A DNA stretch of 64,000 nt from Mobula hypostoma (lineage: Eukaryota), in the NCBI RefSeq assembly GCF_963921235.1, contig NC_086097.1, forward strand, positions 42,472,001 to 42,536,000. Direction: 5' to 3'. Below, one piece after another: positions 62,344-64,000 of this stretch. Position numbers and translations under genes: made by a program. The notes beneath the pieces were generated by a model. That model was not told where the DNA came from, did no database searches, and was given only the letters and a program-made list of their open reading frames with translations. How positions within the stretch are numbered: position 1 is the first letter of the stretch; every line of letters begins with the position of its first letter.

Positions 62344-63254
62344 CTGTTGGTGCTGATCTTAAAGGGAGTGAATAAAAGAGGGGAGCATTGGACACTGAAG
62401 TCAGGTTTCCACAGGAACACCTTCTACCTTGCCAATATACTTCAATTTACAGAATCTCCCACTAAATGTGAACTTTGGCAGAATCTGATATGGGCATGAA
62501 GGAATGGAGTACACCCTCTCTTACACCATGGTATGTAACTCTCTGTTTATCCATGTCCTGAGTCAAATTTACTCCAGCTTGCTTCATTGTTTCATCTTCA
62601 GTCAAATATTGCTACTTCAAGATTATCTATTTCATACTTCCACTGATCTGCACAGATATTGTAAAAGATTTTGCTCTTATTGTCTCTTATGTTAGAGTGT
62701 GCCCCATCTGGTTGTTCATGATATCTCACCATTTCATCATTGTACTTAGTATGTTCAAGATGGAAAACTGCTTTGTTTGATATGCCTCCATAGCAAAGCT
62801 TCTTCCATTTGAACATCTTGGAGTTGCTGATATCATCTGGAGGAGCAAATGTAAGAAGTGTTTAGGTGCACACTTTAACATTCACAAATCCATTTTCCTT
62901 TATTAAAGAATTAGTTTCAAATGGAATACTTAATCTAGCAATTATCGGTATACTCGCTAACTACAGATCAGACAGATACTAGATTTCTCCCAGTTTCGGC
63001 AAATTTGCCCTTTACATAAGAAGAAAGCCAACAAATTAAAATGCAGCAACATACAAAGCACTGAAGGAATTCAGCATTTATTGATGCTGCCAGTCTTGAC
63101 CCAAAACATTAACTGTCCATTTCCCTCCATTGGTGCTGCCTGATCTGCTAAGTTCCTTCAATAAGTTTGCCTTCAATCTGTGGCTTGCTCCATATTCTGC
63201 TCTGTCTTGTATCACCAACAGATTAACATGATGTTCTCTTAGTTCAGGTGAGAC

Positions 63255-64000
63255 TGTAACTGGATCATTGATTTCCTCACCAGGAGATCACAGTCTGTGC
63301 AGGTTGGAATTAACATCTCCTCCTCACTGACAATCAACACTGGTGCACCTCAAGGATGCATGCTTAGTGCACCGCTCTACTCTGTCTACACCCACGACTA
63401 TGTGGCTAGGTGCAGCTCAAACAACATCCCTAAATTTTCCAATGACACAATTATTGTTTCACTTGGTGATGAAGAGGCATACTGGAGTGAGATAGATCAG
63501 CTGGTTGACTGGTATTCTAACCACAACCTTCTACTCAAAGAATTGATTTTGGACTTCAGGAAGGGTAAGTCATGGGTCCTCATGAGGGATCAGAAGTGGA
63601 ATGGGTGAGCAGTTTCAGGCTTCTGGTTGTCAACTTCTGATGATCTATGCTGAGCCCAGCATATTGATGCAATTGCATAGAAGGCACATCAGCGGTGTAT
63701 TTCTCTCAGCATTTGAGGAGAATTGGTATGTCAAAGAGATTCACAGATTTTTACAGATGTACCAAGGAGAGCATTCTAACTGATTGCATCACTGTCTGGT
63801 ATGGAGGGACCACTTGCACAGGTTTGGAAAAAGCTGCAGAAAGTTGTAAACTCAGCCAGCTCCATCATGAGCACTATCCTCCACAGCATCCAGGACATCT
63901 TCGAAAGGTGATGCCTCAAAAAAAGGCGGTATCCATCATTAAGGACCGCCCATCATCCAGGACATGCCCTCTTCTCATTACTACCATCAGAAGGCAGGTA
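63255..64000 (+). mobile_element. Rex1/Babar RT C-terminal fragment, runs off the window
   Basis: [32 protein letters not shown]. Confidence 0.9.

Overview
Vertebrate genomic DNA, probably a cartilaginous fish such as a ray (inferred from repeat families, not proven). The window is mostly nested, decayed transposable elements: many CR1 LINEs, Rex1/Babar fragments and Rex-tailed non-autonomous elements, three Gypsy remnants, two solo LTRs, tRNA-derived SINEs, Tc1 and hAT remnants, Penelope-derived hammerhead relics, and one near full-length RTE retrotransposon (12073-16334, minus, 10-bp TSD, one reading frame with three TGA stops). No intact host protein-coding gene was recognised, although exon-like segments suggest a decayed minus-strand multi-exon gene. 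The best finding is a ~510-bp ORF-less RTE-derived element (58850-59357, minus) whose exact 5' end folds as an HDV-like ribozyme with an unusual extra hairpin in loop L3. The full-length RTE carries only a degenerate version of that region, plus a GC-rich 5' extension. All structures were assigned by eye; no searches or folding programs were run, and boundaries of old repeats are approximate.
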